DNA of 64,000 nucleotides, taken from contig OZ024740.1 of assembly GCA_964016885.1 (NCBI GenBank), forward strand, positions 32,302,001 to 32,366,000, read 5' to 3'. The notes beneath the pieces were generated by a model, which was given only the letters and a program-made list of their open reading frames with translations, was not told the origin of the DNA and ran no database searches. Made by a program: the position numbers and the translations under genes. Position 1 is the first letter of the stretch. Each line of letters starts with the position of its first letter. Positions 28,007 through 43,525 of this stretch are shown here, in pieces. This stretch comes from Eledone cirrhosa. Its lineage: Eukaryota.

Positions 28007-31000
28007 GTGATATGAAGATATAGTAATGTTGTGTTTATTAGTGATATAATAGACATGAAGACATAGTAAAGTTGTGTTTATTAGTGTTATAATAGAGATA
28101 TGAAGACATAAAGTTGTTTATTAGTGATATAATAGACATATGAACACTTAGTAAAGTTGTGTTTATTAGTGTTATAATAGACATATGAAGACGCAAAGTT
28201 GTTTATTAATGATATAATAGACATATGAAGACATAGTAAAGTTGTGTTTATTAGTGATATAATAGACATATGAAAACATAGTAAAGTTGTTTATTAGTGA
28301 TATAATAGACATATGAAGACATAGTAAAGTTGTGTTTATTAGTGTTATAATAGAGATATGAAGACGTAAAGTTGTTTATTAGTGATATAATAGACATATG
28401 AAGACATAGTAAAGTTGTTTATTAGTGATATAATAGATATAGGAAGACATAGTAAAGTTGTTTATTAGTGCTATAATAGACATATGAAGACGTAAAGTTG
28501 TTTATTAGTGATGTAATAGACATATGAACACATAGTAAAGTTGTTTATTAGTGATATAATAGACATAAGAAGACGTAGTAAAGTTGTGTTTATTAGTGTT
28601 ATAATAGACATATGAACACATAGTAAAGTTGTTTATTAGTGCTATAATAGACATGAAGACATAGTAAAGTTGTGTTTATTAGTGATATAATAGACATATG
28701 AAGACATAGTAAAGTTGTGTTTATTAATGATATAATAGACATATGAAGACATAGTAAAGTTGTTTATTAGTGATATAATAGACATATGAAGACTTAGTAA
28801 AGTTGTGTTTATTAGTGTTATAATAGACATATGAAGACTGAGTAAAGTTGTTTATTAGTGATATAATAGACATGTGATGACATAGTAAAGTTGTTTATTA
28901 GTGTTATAATAGACATATGAAGACGTAGTAGAGTTGTTTATTAGTGATATAATAGATATAGGAAGACATAGTAAAGTTGTTTATTAGTGTTATAATAGAC
29001 ATATGAAGACATAGTTAAGTTGTGTTTATTAGTGCTATAATAGACATATGAAGACATAGTAATGTCGTGTTTATTAGTGATATAATAGACATATGAAGAC
29101 GTAGTAAAGTTGTTTATTAGTGATATAATAGACATATGAAGACGTAGTAAAGTTGTTTATTAGTGATATAATAGACATGAAGACATAGTAAAGTTGTTTA
29201 TTAGTGCTATAATAGACATATGAAGACATAGTAAAGTTGTGTTTATTAGTGATATAAAAGACATATGGAGACATAGTAAAGTTGTTTATTAGTGATATAA
29301 TAGACATATGAAGACATAGTAAAGTTGTTTATTAGTGATATAATAGACATATGAATACATAGTAAAGTTGTTTATTAGTGATATAATATATATATAGGAA
29401 GACATAGGAAACTTGTTTATTAATGATATAATAGACATATGAAGACATAGTAAAGTTGTGTTTATTAGTGATATAATAGACATATGAAGAAAGTAAAGTT
29501 GTTTATTGGTGATATAATAGACATATGAACACATAGTAAAGTTGTTTATTAGTGATATAATATATATAGGAAGACATAGGAAAGTTGTTTATTACTGATA
29601 TAATAGACATGTGAAGATATAGTAAAGTTGTTTATTAGTGTTATAATAGACATATGAAGACGTAGTAAAGTTGTTTATTAGTGTTATAATAGATATAGGA
29701 AGACATAGTAAAGTTGTTTATTAGTGCTATAATAGACATATGAACACATAGTAAAGTTGTTTATTAGTGCTATAATAGACATATGAAGACATAGTAAAGT
29801 TGTGTTTATTAATGATATAATAGACATATGTAGACATAGTAAGGTTGTTTATTAGTGCTATAATAGTTATAGGAAGACATAGGAAAGTTGTTTATTAGTG
29901 TTATAATAGTTATAGGAAGACATAGTAAAGTTGTTTATTAGTGATATAATAGACATGAAGACATAGTAAAGTTGTTTATTAGTGCTATAATAGATATAGG
30001 AACACATAGTAAAGTTGTTTATTAGTGATATAATAGTTATAGGAAGACATAGGAAAGTTGTTTATTAGTGATATAATAGACATGTGAAGACATTGTAAAG
30101 TTGTTTATTAATGTTATAATACACATATGAACACATAGTAAAGTTGTTTATTATTGATATAATAGATATAGGAAGACATAGTAAAGTTGTTTATTAGTGA
30201 TATAATAGACATGTGAAGACATAGTAAAGTTGTTTATTAGTGCTATAATAGACATATGAAGACATAGTAAAGTTGTTTATTTATGCTATAATAGACATAT
30301 GAAGACAGTAAAGTTGTTTATTAGTGCTATAATAGACATATGAAGACGTAAAGTTGTTTATTAGTGATATAATAGACATATGAAGACATAGGAAAGTTGT
30401 TTATTAGTGCTATAATAGACATATGAACACATAGTAAAGTTGTTTATTAGTGATATAATATATATATGAAAACATAGTAAAGTTCTTTATTAGTGATATA
30501 ATATATATATGAAGACATAGTAAAGTTGTTTATTAGTGATATAATATATATAGGAAGACAGGAAAGTTGTTTATTAGTGATATAATAGACATATGAAGAC
30601 ATAGTAAAGTTTATTAGTGATATAATAGACATGTGAAGACATAGTAAAGTTGTTTATTAGTGATATAATAGATATAGGAAGACATAGGACAGTTGTTTAT
30701 TAGTGATATAATAGACATATGAAGACATAGTAAAGTTGTTTATTAGTGATATAATAGATATAGGAAGACATAGGAAAGTTGTGTTTATTAATGATATAAT
30801 AGACATATGAAGACATAGTAAAGTTGTTTATTAGTGCTATAATAGACATATGAAGACATAGTAAAGTTGTTTATTAGTGATATAATAGACATGTGAAGAC
30901 ATAGTAAAGTTGTTTATTAGTGTTATAATAGACATATGAAGACGTAGTAGAGTTGTTTATTGGTGATATAATAGATATAGGAAGACATAGTAAAGTTGTT

Positions 31001-33429
31001 TATTAGTGTTATAATAGACATATGAAGACATAGTAAAGTTGTTTATTAGTGCTATAATAGACATATGAAGACATAGTAAAGTTGTGTTTATTAGTGATAT
31101 AATAGACATATGAAGACATAGTAAAGTTGTTTATTAGTGATATAATATATATATAGGAAGACATAGGAAAGTTGTTTATTAATGATATAATAGACATATG
31201 AAGACATATTAAAGTTGTGTTTATTAATGATATAATAGACATATGAAGACATAGTAAAGTTGTTTATTAGTGATATAATAGACATATGAAGACTTAGTAA
31301 AGTTGTGTTTATTAGTGTTATAATAGACATATGAAGACATAGTTAAGTTGTGTTTATTAGTGATATAATAGACATCTGAAGACATAGTAAAGTTGTTTAT
31401 TAGTGCCATAATAGACATATGAACACATAGTAAAGTTGTTTATTAGTGATATAATAGACATATGAACACATAGTAAAGTTGTTTATTAGTGTTATAATAG
31501 ATATATGAAGACATAGTAAAGTTGTTTATTAGTGATATAATAGACATATGGAGACATAGTAAAGTTGTTTATTAGTGATATAATAGACATATGAAGACAT
31601 AGTAAGGTTGTTTATTAGTGATATAATATATATAGGAAGACATAGGAAAGTTGTTTATTAGTGATATAATAGATATAGGAAGACATAGGACAGTTGTTTA
31701 TTAATGATATAATAGACATATGAAGACATAGTAAAGTTGTGTTTATTAATGATATAATAGACATATGAAGACATAGTAAAGTTGTTTATTAGTGATATAA
31801 TAGACATATGAAGACTTAGTAAAGTTGTGTTTATTAGTGTTATAATAGACATATGAAGACATAGTTAAGTTGTGTTTATTAGTGCTATAATAGACATATG
31901 AAGACATAGTAATGTTGTATTTATTAGTGATATAATAGACATATGAAGACGTAGTAAAGTTGTTTATTAGTGCCATAATAGACATATGAACACATAGTAA
32001 AGTTGTTTATTAGTGATACAATAGACATATGAACACATAGTAAAGTTGTTTATTAGTGTTATAATAGACATATGAACACATAGTAAAGTTGTTTATTAGT
32101 GATATAATAGACATATGAACACATAGTAAAGTTGTTTATTAGTGTTATAATAGACATATGAAGACATAGTAAAGTTGTTTATTAGTGATATAATATATAT
32201 AGGAAGACATAGGAAAGTTGTTTATTAGTGATATAATAGACATGTGAAGACATAGTAAAGTTGTTTATTAGTGATATAATAGACATATGAAGACATAGTA
32301 AAGTTGTGTTTATTAGTGTTATAATAGACATATGAAGATATAGTAAAGTTGTTTATTAATGATATAATAGACATATGAAGACATAGTAAAGTTGTTTATT
32401 AGTGCTATTATAGACATGAAGACATAGTAAAGTTGTGTTTATTAGTGTTATAATAGACATATGAAGACATAGTAAAGTTGTTTATTAGTGATATAATAGA
32501 CATATGAAGATATAGTAAAGTTGTTTATTAGTGTTATAATAGACATATGAAGACATAGTAAAGTTGTGTTTATTAGTGATATAATAGACATATGAACACA
32601 TGGTAAAGTTGTTTATTAGTGCTATAATAGACATGTGAAGACATAGTAAAGTTGTTTATTAGTGTTATAATAGACATATGAAGACATAGTAAAGTTGTTT
32701 ATTAGTGATATAATAGACATATGAACACTTAATAAAGTTGTGTTTATTAGTGTTATAATAGGCATATGAAGACATAGTAAAGTTGTTTATTAGTGATATA
32801 ATAGACATATGAAGATGTAGTAAAGTTGTGTTTATTAGTGATATAATAGACATATGAACACTTAATAAAGTTGTGTTTATTAGTGTTATAATAGACATAT
32901 GAAGACATAGTAAAGTTGTTTATTAGTGATATAATAGACATATGAAGACATAGTAAAGTTGTTTATTAGTAATATAATAGACATGTGAAGACATAGTAAA
33001 GTTGTTTATTAGTGATATAATAGACATGTGCAGACATAGTAAAGTTGTTTATTAGTGATATGATAGACATAGGAAGACATAGTAAAGTTGTGTTTATTAG
33101 TGATATAATAGATATATGAAGACATAGTAAAGTTGTTTATTAGTGCTATAATAGACATATGAACACATAGTAAAGTTATTTATTAGTGATATAATATATA
33201 TAGGAAGACATAGTAAAGTTGTTTATTAGTGATATAATAGACATATGAAGACATAGTAAAGTTGTTTATTAGTGCTATAATAGACATATGAAGAGTGAGT
33301 AAAGTTGTGTTTATTAGTGATATAATAGACATATGAAGATAGTAAATTTGTTTATTAGTGCTATAATAGACATATGAAGTCGTGGTAAAGTTGTTTATTA
33401 GTGATATAATAGACATATGAAGACATAGT

Positions 33430-33457
33430 CTAACCCATGCTAGCGTGGAAGATGGAC
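33430..33457. other. 28-bp non-satellite insert, copy 2
   Basis: Identical sequence and flanks to copy 1. Confidence 0.95.
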
Positions 33458-36400
33458 GTGATATGAAGATATAGTAATGTTGTGTTTATTAGTGATATAA
33501 TAGACATGAAGACATAGTAAAGTTGTGTTTATTAGTGTTATAATAGAGATATGAAGACATAAAGTTGTTTATTAGTGATATAATAGACATATGAACACTT
33601 AGTAAAGTTGTGTTTATTAGTGTTATAATAGACATATGAAGACGCAAAGTTGTTTATTAATGATATAATAGACATATGAAGACATAGTAAAGTTGTGTTT
33701 ATTAGTGATATAATAGACATATGAAAACATAGTAAAGTTGTTTATTAGTGATATAATAGACATATGAAGACATAGTAAAGTTGTGTTTATTAGTGTTATA
33801 ATAGAGATATGAAGACGTAAAGTTGTTTATTAGTGATATAATAGACATATGAAGACATAGTAAAGTTGTTTATTAGTGATATAATAGATATAGGAAGACA
33901 TAGTAAAGTTGTTTATTAGTGCTATAATAGACATATGAAGACGTAAAGTTGTTTATTAGTGATGTAATAGACATATGAACACATAGTAAAGTTGTTTATT
34001 AGTGATATAATAGACATAAGAAGACGTAGTAAAGTTGTGTTTATTAGTGTTATAATAGACATATGAACACATAGTAAAGTTGTTTATTAGTGCTATAATA
34101 GACATGAAGACATAGTAAAGTTGTGTTTATTAGTGATATAATAGACATATGAAGACATAGTAAAGTTGTGTTTATTAATGATATAATAGACATATGAAGA
34201 CATAGTAAAGTTGTTTATTAGTGATATAATAGACATATGAAGACTTAGTAAAGTTGTGTTTATTAGTGTTATAATAGACATATGAAGACTGAGTAAAGTT
34301 GTTTATTAGTGATATAATAGACATGTGATGACATAGTAAAGTTGTTTATTAGTGTTATAATAGACATATGAAGACGTAGTAGAGTTGTTTATTAGTGATA
34401 TAATAGATATAGGAAGACATAGTAAAGTTGTTTATTAGTGTTATAATAGACATATGAAGACATAGTTAAGTTGTGTTTATTAGTGCTATAATAGACATAT
34501 GAAGACATAGTAATGTCGTGTTTATTAGTGATATAATAGACATATGAAGACGTAGTAAAGTTGTTTATTAGTGATATAATAGACATATGAAGACGTAGTA
34601 AAGTTGTTTATTAGTGATATAATAGACATGAAGACATAGTAAAGTTGTTTATTAGTGCTATAATAGACATATGAAGACATAGTAAAGTTGTGTTTATTAG
34701 TGATATAAAAGACATATGGAGACATAGTAAAGTTGTTTATTAGTGATATAATAGACATATGAAGACATAGTAAAGTTGTTTATTAGTGATATAATAGACA
34801 TATGAATACATAGTAAAGTTGTTTATTAGTGATATAATATATATATAGGAAGACATAGGAAACTTGTTTATTAATGATATAATAGACATATGAAGACATA
34901 GTAAAGTTGTGTTTATTAGTGATATAATAGACATATGAAGAAAGTAAAGTTGTTTATTGGTGATATAATAGACATATGAACACATAGTAAAGTTGTTTAT
35001 TAGTGATATAATATATATAGGAAGACATAGGAAAGTTGTTTATTACTGATATAATAGACATGTGAAGATATAGTAAAGTTGTTTATTAGTGTTATAATAG
35101 ACATATGAAGACGTAGTAAAGTTGTTTATTAGTGTTATAATAGATATAGGAAGACATAGTAAAGTTGTTTATTAGTGCTATAATAGACATATGAACACAT
35201 AGTAAAGTTGTTTATTAGTGCTATAATAGACATATGAAGACATAGTAAAGTTGTGTTTATTAATGATATAATAGACATATGTAGACATAGTAAGGTTGTT
35301 TATTAGTGCTATAATAGTTATAGGAAGACATAGGAAAGTTGTTTATTAGTGTTATAATAGTTATAGGAAGACATAGTAAAGTTGTTTATTAGTGATATAA
35401 TAGACATGAAGACATAGTAAAGTTGTTTATTAGTGCTATAATAGATATAGGAACACATAGTAAAGTTGTTTATTAGTGATATAATAGTTATAGGAAGACA
35501 TAGGAAAGTTGTTTATTAGTGATATAATAGACATGTGAAGACATTGTAAAGTTGTTTATTAATGTTATAATACACATATGAACACATAGTAAAGTTGTTT
35601 ATTATTGATATAATAGATATAGGAAGACATAGTAAAGTTGTTTATTAGTGATATAATAGACATGTGAAGACATAGTAAAGTTGTTTATTAGTGCTATAAT
35701 AGACATATGAAGACATAGTAAAGTTGTTTATTTATGCTATAATAGACATATGAAGACAGTAAAGTTGTTTATTAGTGCTATAATAGACATATGAAGACGT
35801 AAAGTTGTTTATTAGTGATATAATAGACATATGAAGACATAGGAAAGTTGTTTATTAGTGCTATAATAGACATATGAACACATAGTAAAGTTGTTTATTA
35901 GTGATATAATATATATATGAAAACATAGTAAAGTTCTTTATTAGTGATATAATATATATATGAAGACATAGTAAAGTTGTTTATTAGTGATATAATATAT
36001 ATAGGAAGACAGGAAAGTTGTTTATTAGTGATATAATAGACATATGAAGACATAGTAAAGTTTATTAGTGATATAATAGACATGTGAAGACATAGTAAAG
36101 TTGTTTATTAGTGATATAATAGATATAGGAAGACATAGGACAGTTGTTTATTAGTGATATAATAGACATATGAAGACATAGTAAAGTTGTTTATTAGTGA
36201 TATAATAGATATAGGAAGACATAGGAAAGTTGTGTTTATTAATGATATAATAGACATATGAAGACATAGTAAAGTTGTTTATTAGTGCTATAATAGACAT
36301 ATGAAGACATAGTAAAGTTGTTTATTAGTGATATAATAGACATGTGAAGACATAGTAAAGTTGTTTATTAGTGCTATAATAGACATATGAAGACGTAGTA

Positions 36401-38046
36401 AAGTTGTTTATTAGTGCTATTATAGACATGAAGACATAGTAAAGTTGTGTTTGTTAATGATATAATAGACATATGAAGACATAGTAAAGTTGTGTTTATT
36501 AATGATATGAAGACATAGTAAAGTTGTTTATTAGTGATATAATAGACATATGAAGACTTAGTAAAGTTGTGTTTATTAGTGTTATAATAGACATATGAAG
36601 ACATAGTAAAGTTGTTTATTAGTGATATAATAGATATAGGAAGACATAGTAAAGTTGTTTATTAGTGTTATAATAGACATATGAAGACATAGTAAAGTTG
36701 TTTATTAGTGCTATATTAGACATATGAAGACATAGTAAAGTTGTTTTTATTAGTGATATAATAGACATATGAAGACATAGTAAAGTTGTTTATTAGTGAT
36801 ATAATATATATATAGGAAGACATAGGAAAGTTGTTTATTAATGATATAATAGACATATGAAGACATAGTAAAGTTGTGTTTGTTAATGATATAATAGACA
36901 TATGAAGACATAGTAAAGTTGTGTTTATTAATGATATAATAGACATATGAAGACATAGTAAAGTTGTTTATTAGTGATATAATAGACATATGAAGACTTA
37001 GTAAAGTTGTGTTTATTAGTGTTATAATAGACATATGAAGACATAGTTAAGTTGTGTTTATTAGTGCTATAATAGACATATGAAGACATAGTAAAGTTGT
37101 TTATTAGTGCCATAATAGACATATGAACACATAGTAAAGTTGTTTATTAGTGATATAATATATATATGAACACATAGTAAAGTTGTTTATTAGTGATATA
37201 ATAGACATATGAACACATGGTAAAGTTGTTTATTAGTGCTATAATAGACATGTGAAGACATAGTAAAGTTGTTTATTAGTGTTATAATAGACATATGAAG
37301 ACATAGTAAAGTTGTTTATTAGTGATATAATAGACATATGAACACTTAATAAAGTTGTGTTTATTAGTGTTATAATAGGCATATGAAGACATAGTAAAGT
37401 TGTTTATTAGTGATATAATAGACATATGAAGATGTAGTAAAGTTGTGTTTATTAGTGATATAATAGACATATGAACACTTAATAAAGTTGTGTTTATTAG
37501 TGTTATAATAGACATATGAAGACATAGTAAAGTTGTTTATTAGTGATATAATAGACATATGAAGACATAGTAAAGTTGTTTATTAGTAATATAATAGACA
37601 TGTGAAGACATAGTAAAGTTGTTTATTAGTGATATAATAGACATGTGCAGACATAGTAAAGTTGTTTATTAGTGATATGATAGACATAGGAAGACATAGT
37701 AAAGTTGTGTTTATTAGTGATATAATAGATATATGAAGACATAGTAAAGTTGTTTATTAGTGCTATAATAGACATATGAACACATAGTAAAGTTATTTAT
37801 TAGTGATATAATATATATAGGAAGACATAGTAAAGTTGTTTATTAGTGATATAATAGACATATGAAGACATAGTAAAGTTGTTTATTAGTGCTATAATAG
37901 ACATATGAAGAGTGAGTAAAGTTGTGTTTATTAGTGATATAATAGACATATGAAGATAGTAAATTTGTTTATTAGTGCTATAATAGACATATGAAGTCGT
38001 GGTAAAGTTGTTTATTAGTGATATAATAGACATATGAAGACATAGT

Positions 38047-38074
38047 CTAACCCATGCTAGCGTGGAAGATGGAC
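38047..38074. other. 28-bp non-satellite insert, copy 3
   Basis: Identical sequence and flanks to copy 1. Confidence 0.95.
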
Positions 38075-41000
38075 GTGATATGAAGATATAGTAATGTTGT
38101 GTTTATTAGTGATATAATAGACATGAAGACATAGTAAAGTTGTGTTTATTAGTGTTATAATAGAGATATGAAGACATAAAGTTGTTTATTAGTGATATAA
38201 TAGACATATGAACACTTAGTAAAGTTGTGTTTATTAGTGTTATAATAGACATATGAAGACGCAAAGTTGTTTATTAATGATATAATAGACATATGAAGAC
38301 ATAGTAAAGTTGTGTTTATTAGTGATATAATAGACATATGAAAACATAGTAAAGTTGTTTATTAGTGATATAATAGACATATGAAGACATAGTAAAGTTG
38401 TGTTTATTAGTGTTATAATAGAGATATGAAGACGTAAAGTTGTTTATTAGTGATATAATAGACATATGAAGACATAGTAAAGTTGTTTATTAGTGATATA
38501 ATAGATATAGGAAGACATAGTAAAGTTGTTTATTAGTGCTATAATAGACATATGAAGACGTAAAGTTGTTTATTAGTGATGTAATAGACATATGAACACA
38601 TAGTAAAGTTGTTTATTAGTGATATAATAGACATAAGAAGACGTAGTAAAGTTGTGTTTATTAGTGTTATAATAGACATATGAACACATAGTAAAGTTGT
38701 TTATTAGTGCTATAATAGACATGAAGACATAGTAAAGTTGTGTTTATTAGTGATATAATAGACATATGAAGACATAGTAAAGTTGTGTTTATTAATGATA
38801 TAATAGACATATGAAGACATAGTAAAGTTGTTTATTAGTGATATAATAGACATATGAAGACTTAGTAAAGTTGTGTTTATTAGTGTTATAATAGACATAT
38901 GAAGACTGAGTAAAGTTGTTTATTAGTGATATAATAGACATGTGATGACATAGTAAAGTTGTTTATTAGTGTTATAATAGACATATGAAGACGTAGTAGA
39001 GTTGTTTATTAGTGATATAATAGATATAGGAAGACATAGTAAAGTTGTTTATTAGTGTTATAATAGACATATGAAGACATAGTTAAGTTGTGTTTATTAG
39101 TGCTATAATAGACATATGAAGACATAGTAATGTCGTGTTTATTAGTGATATAATAGACATATGAAGACGTAGTAAAGTTGTTTATTAGTGATATAATAGA
39201 CATATGAAGACGTAGTAAAGTTGTTTATTAGTGATATAATAGACATGAAGACATAGTAAAGTTGTTTATTAGTGCTATAATAGACATATGAAGACATAGT
39301 AAAGTTGTGTTTATTAGTGATATAAAAGACATATGGAGACATAGTAAAGTTGTTTATTAGTGATATAATAGACATATGAAGACATAGTAAAGTTGTTTAT
39401 TAGTGATATAATAGACATATGAATACATAGTAAAGTTGTTTATTAGTGATATAATATATATATAGGAAGACATAGGAAACTTGTTTATTAATGATATAAT
39501 AGACATATGAAGACATAGTAAAGTTGTGTTTATTAGTGATATAATAGACATATGAAGAAAGTAAAGTTGTTTATTGGTGATATAATAGACATATGAACAC
39601 ATAGTAAAGTTGTTTATTAGTGATATAATATATATAGGAAGACATAGGAAAGTTGTTTATTACTGATATAATAGACATGTGAAGATATAGTAAAGTTGTT
39701 TATTAGTGTTATAATAGACATATGAAGACGTAGTAAAGTTGTTTATTAGTGTTATAATAGATATAGGAAGACATAGTAAAGTTGTTTATTAGTGCTATAA
39801 TAGACATATGAACACATAGTAAAGTTGTTTATTAGTGCTATAATAGACATATGAAGACATAGTAAAGTTGTGTTTATTAATGATATAATAGACATATGTA
39901 GACATAGTAAGGTTGTTTATTAGTGCTATAATAGTTATAGGAAGACATAGGAAAGTTGTTTATTAGTGTTATAATAGTTATAGGAAGACATAGTAAAGTT
40001 GTTTATTAGTGATATAATAGACATGAAGACATAGTAAAGTTGTTTATTAGTGCTATAATAGATATAGGAACACATAGTAAAGTTGTTTATTAGTGATATA
40101 ATAGTTATAGGAAGACATAGGAAAGTTGTTTATTAGTGATATAATAGACATGTGAAGACATTGTAAAGTTGTTTATTAATGTTATAATACACATATGAAC
40201 ACATAGTAAAGTTGTTTATTATTGATATAATAGATATAGGAAGACATAGTAAAGTTGTTTATTAGTGATATAATAGACATGTGAAGACATAGTAAAGTTG
40301 TTTATTAGTGCTATAATAGACATATGAAGACATAGTAAAGTTGTTTATTTATGCTATAATAGACATATGAAGACAGTAAAGTTGTTTATTAGTGCTATAA
40401 TAGACATATGAAGACGTAAAGTTGTTTATTAGTGATATAATAGACATATGAAGACATAGGAAAGTTGTTTATTAGTGCTATAATAGACATATGAACACAT
40501 AGTAAAGTTGTTTATTAGTGATATAATATATATATGAAAACATAGTAAAGTTCTTTATTAGTGATATAATATATATATGAAGACATAGTAAAGTTGTTTA
40601 TTAGTGATATAATATATATAGGAAGACAGGAAAGTTGTTTATTAGTGATATAATAGACATATGAAGACATAGTAAAGTTTATTAGTGATATAATAGACAT
40701 GTGAAGACATAGTAAAGTTGTTTATTAGTGATATAATAGATATAGGAAGACATAGGACAGTTGTTTATTAGTGATATAATAGACATATGAAGACATAGTA
40801 AAGTTGTTTATTAGTGATATAATAGATATAGGAAGACATAGGAAAGTTGTGTTTATTAATGATATAATAGACATATGAAGACATAGTAAAGTTGTTTATT
40901 AGTGCTATAATAGACATATGAAGACATAGTAAAGTTGTTTATTAGTGATATAATAGACATGTGAAGACATAGTAAAGTTGTTTATTAGTGTTATAATAGA

Positions 41001-43497
41001 CATATGAAGACGTAGTAGAGTTGTTTATTGGTGATATAATAGATATAGGAAGACATAGTAAAGTTGTTTATTAGTGTTATAATAGACATATGAAGACATA
41101 GTAAAGTTGTTTATTAGTGCTATAATAGACATATGAAGACATAGTAAAGTTGTGTTTATTAGTGATATAATAGACATATGAAGACATAGTAAAGTTGTTT
41201 ATTAGTGATATAATATATATATAGGAAGACATAGGAAAGTTGTTTATTAATGATATAATAGACATATGAAGACATATTAAAGTTGTGTTTATTAATGATA
41301 TAATAGACATATGAAGACATAGTAAAGTTGTTTATTAGTGATATAATAGACATATGAAGACTTAGTAAAGTTGTGTTTATTAGTGTTATAATAGACATAT
41401 GAAGACATAGTTAAGTTGTGTTTATTAGTGATATAATAGACATCTGAAGACATAGTAAAGTTGTTTATTAGTGCCATAATAGACATATGAACACATAGTA
41501 AAGTTGTTTATTAGTGATATAATAGACATATGAACACATAGTAAAGTTGTTTATTAGTGTTATAATAGATATATGAAGACATAGTAAAGTTGTTTATTAG
41601 TGATATAATAGACATATGGAGACATAGTAAAGTTGTTTATTAGTGATATAATAGACATATGAAGACATAGTAAGGTTGTTTATTAGTGATATAATATATA
41701 TAGGAAGACATAGGAAAGTTGTTTATTAGTGATATAATAGATATAGGAAGACATAGGACAGTTGTTTATTAATGATATAATAGACATATGAAGACATAGT
41801 AAAGTTGTGTTTATTAATGATATAATAGACATATGAAGACATAGTAAAGTTGTTTATTAGTGATATAATAGACATATGAAGACTTAGTAAAGTTGTGTTT
41901 ATTAGTGTTATAATAGACATATGAAGACATAGTTAAGTTGTGTTTATTAGTGCTATAATAGACATATGAAGACATAGTAATGTTGTATTTATTAGTGATA
42001 TAATAGACATATGAAGACGTAGTAAAGTTGTTTATTAGTGCCATAATAGACATATGAACACATAGTAAAGTTGTTTATTAGTGATACAATAGACATATGA
42101 ACACATAGTAAAGTTGTTTATTAGTGTTATAATAGACATATGAACACATAGTAAAGTTGTTTATTAGTGATATAATAGACATATGAACACATAGTAAAGT
42201 TGTTTATTAGTGTTATAATAGACATATGAAGACATAGTAAAGTTGTTTATTAGTGATATAATATATATAGGAAGACATAGGAAAGTTGTTTATTAGTGAT
42301 ATAATAGACATGTGAAGACATAGTAAAGTTGTTTATTAGTGATATAATAGACATATGAAGACATAGTAAAGTTGTGTTTATTAGTGTTATAATAGACATA
42401 TGAAGATATAGTAAAGTTGTTTATTAATGATATAATAGACATATGAAGACATAGTAAAGTTGTTTATTAGTGCTATTATAGACATGAAGACATAGTAAAG
42501 TTGTGTTTATTAGTGTTATAATAGACATATGAAGACATAGTAAAGTTGTTTATTAGTGATATAATAGACATATGAAGATATAGTAAAGTTGTTTATTAGT
42601 GTTATAATAGACATATGAAGACATAGTAAAGTTGTGTTTATTAGTGATATAATAGACATATGAACACATGGTAAAGTTGTTTATTAGTGCTATAATAGAC
42701 ATGTGAAGACATAGTAAAGTTGTTTATTAGTGTTATAATAGACATATGAAGACATAGTAAAGTTGTTTATTAGTGATATAATAGACATATGAACACTTAA
42801 TAAAGTTGTGTTTATTAGTGTTATAATAGGCATATGAAGACATAGTAAAGTTGTTTATTAGTGATATAATAGACATATGAAGATGTAGTAAAGTTGTGTT
42901 TATTAGTGATATAATAGACATATGAACACTTAATAAAGTTGTGTTTATTAGTGTTATAATAGACATATGAAGACATAGTAAAGTTGTTTATTAGTGATAT
43001 AATAGACATATGAAGACATAGTAAAGTTGTTTATTAGTAATATAATAGACATGTGAAGACATAGTAAAGTTGTTTATTAGTGATATAATAGACATGTGCA
43101 GACATAGTAAAGTTGTTTATTAGTGATATGATAGACATAGGAAGACATAGTAAAGTTGTGTTTATTAGTGATATAATAGATATATGAAGACATAGTAAAG
43201 TTGTTTATTAGTGCTATAATAGACATATGAACACATAGTAAAGTTATTTATTAGTGATATAATATATATAGGAAGACATAGTAAAGTTGTTTATTAGTGA
43301 TATAATAGACATATGAAGACATAGTAAAGTTGTTTATTAGTGCTATAATAGACATATGAAGAGTGAGTAAAGTTGTGTTTATTAGTGATATAATAGACAT
43401 ATGAAGATAGTAAATTTGTTTATTAGTGCTATAATAGACATATGAAGTCGTGGTAAAGTTGTTTATTAGTGATATAATAGACATATGAAGACATAGT

Positions 43498-43525
43498 CTA
43501 ACCCATGCTAGCGTGGAAGATGGAC
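43498..43525. other. 28-bp non-satellite insert, copy 4
   Basis: Identical sequence and flanks to copy 1. Confidence 0.95.

Larger units (their letters stand above)
25430..36370 (+). repeat. Near-identical tandem duplication, 2 x 5451 bp
   Basis: Constant offset of 5451 for ORF pairs from 25558/31009 through 30447/35898, and for the 28-bp insert at 27979/33430. Confidence 0.92.
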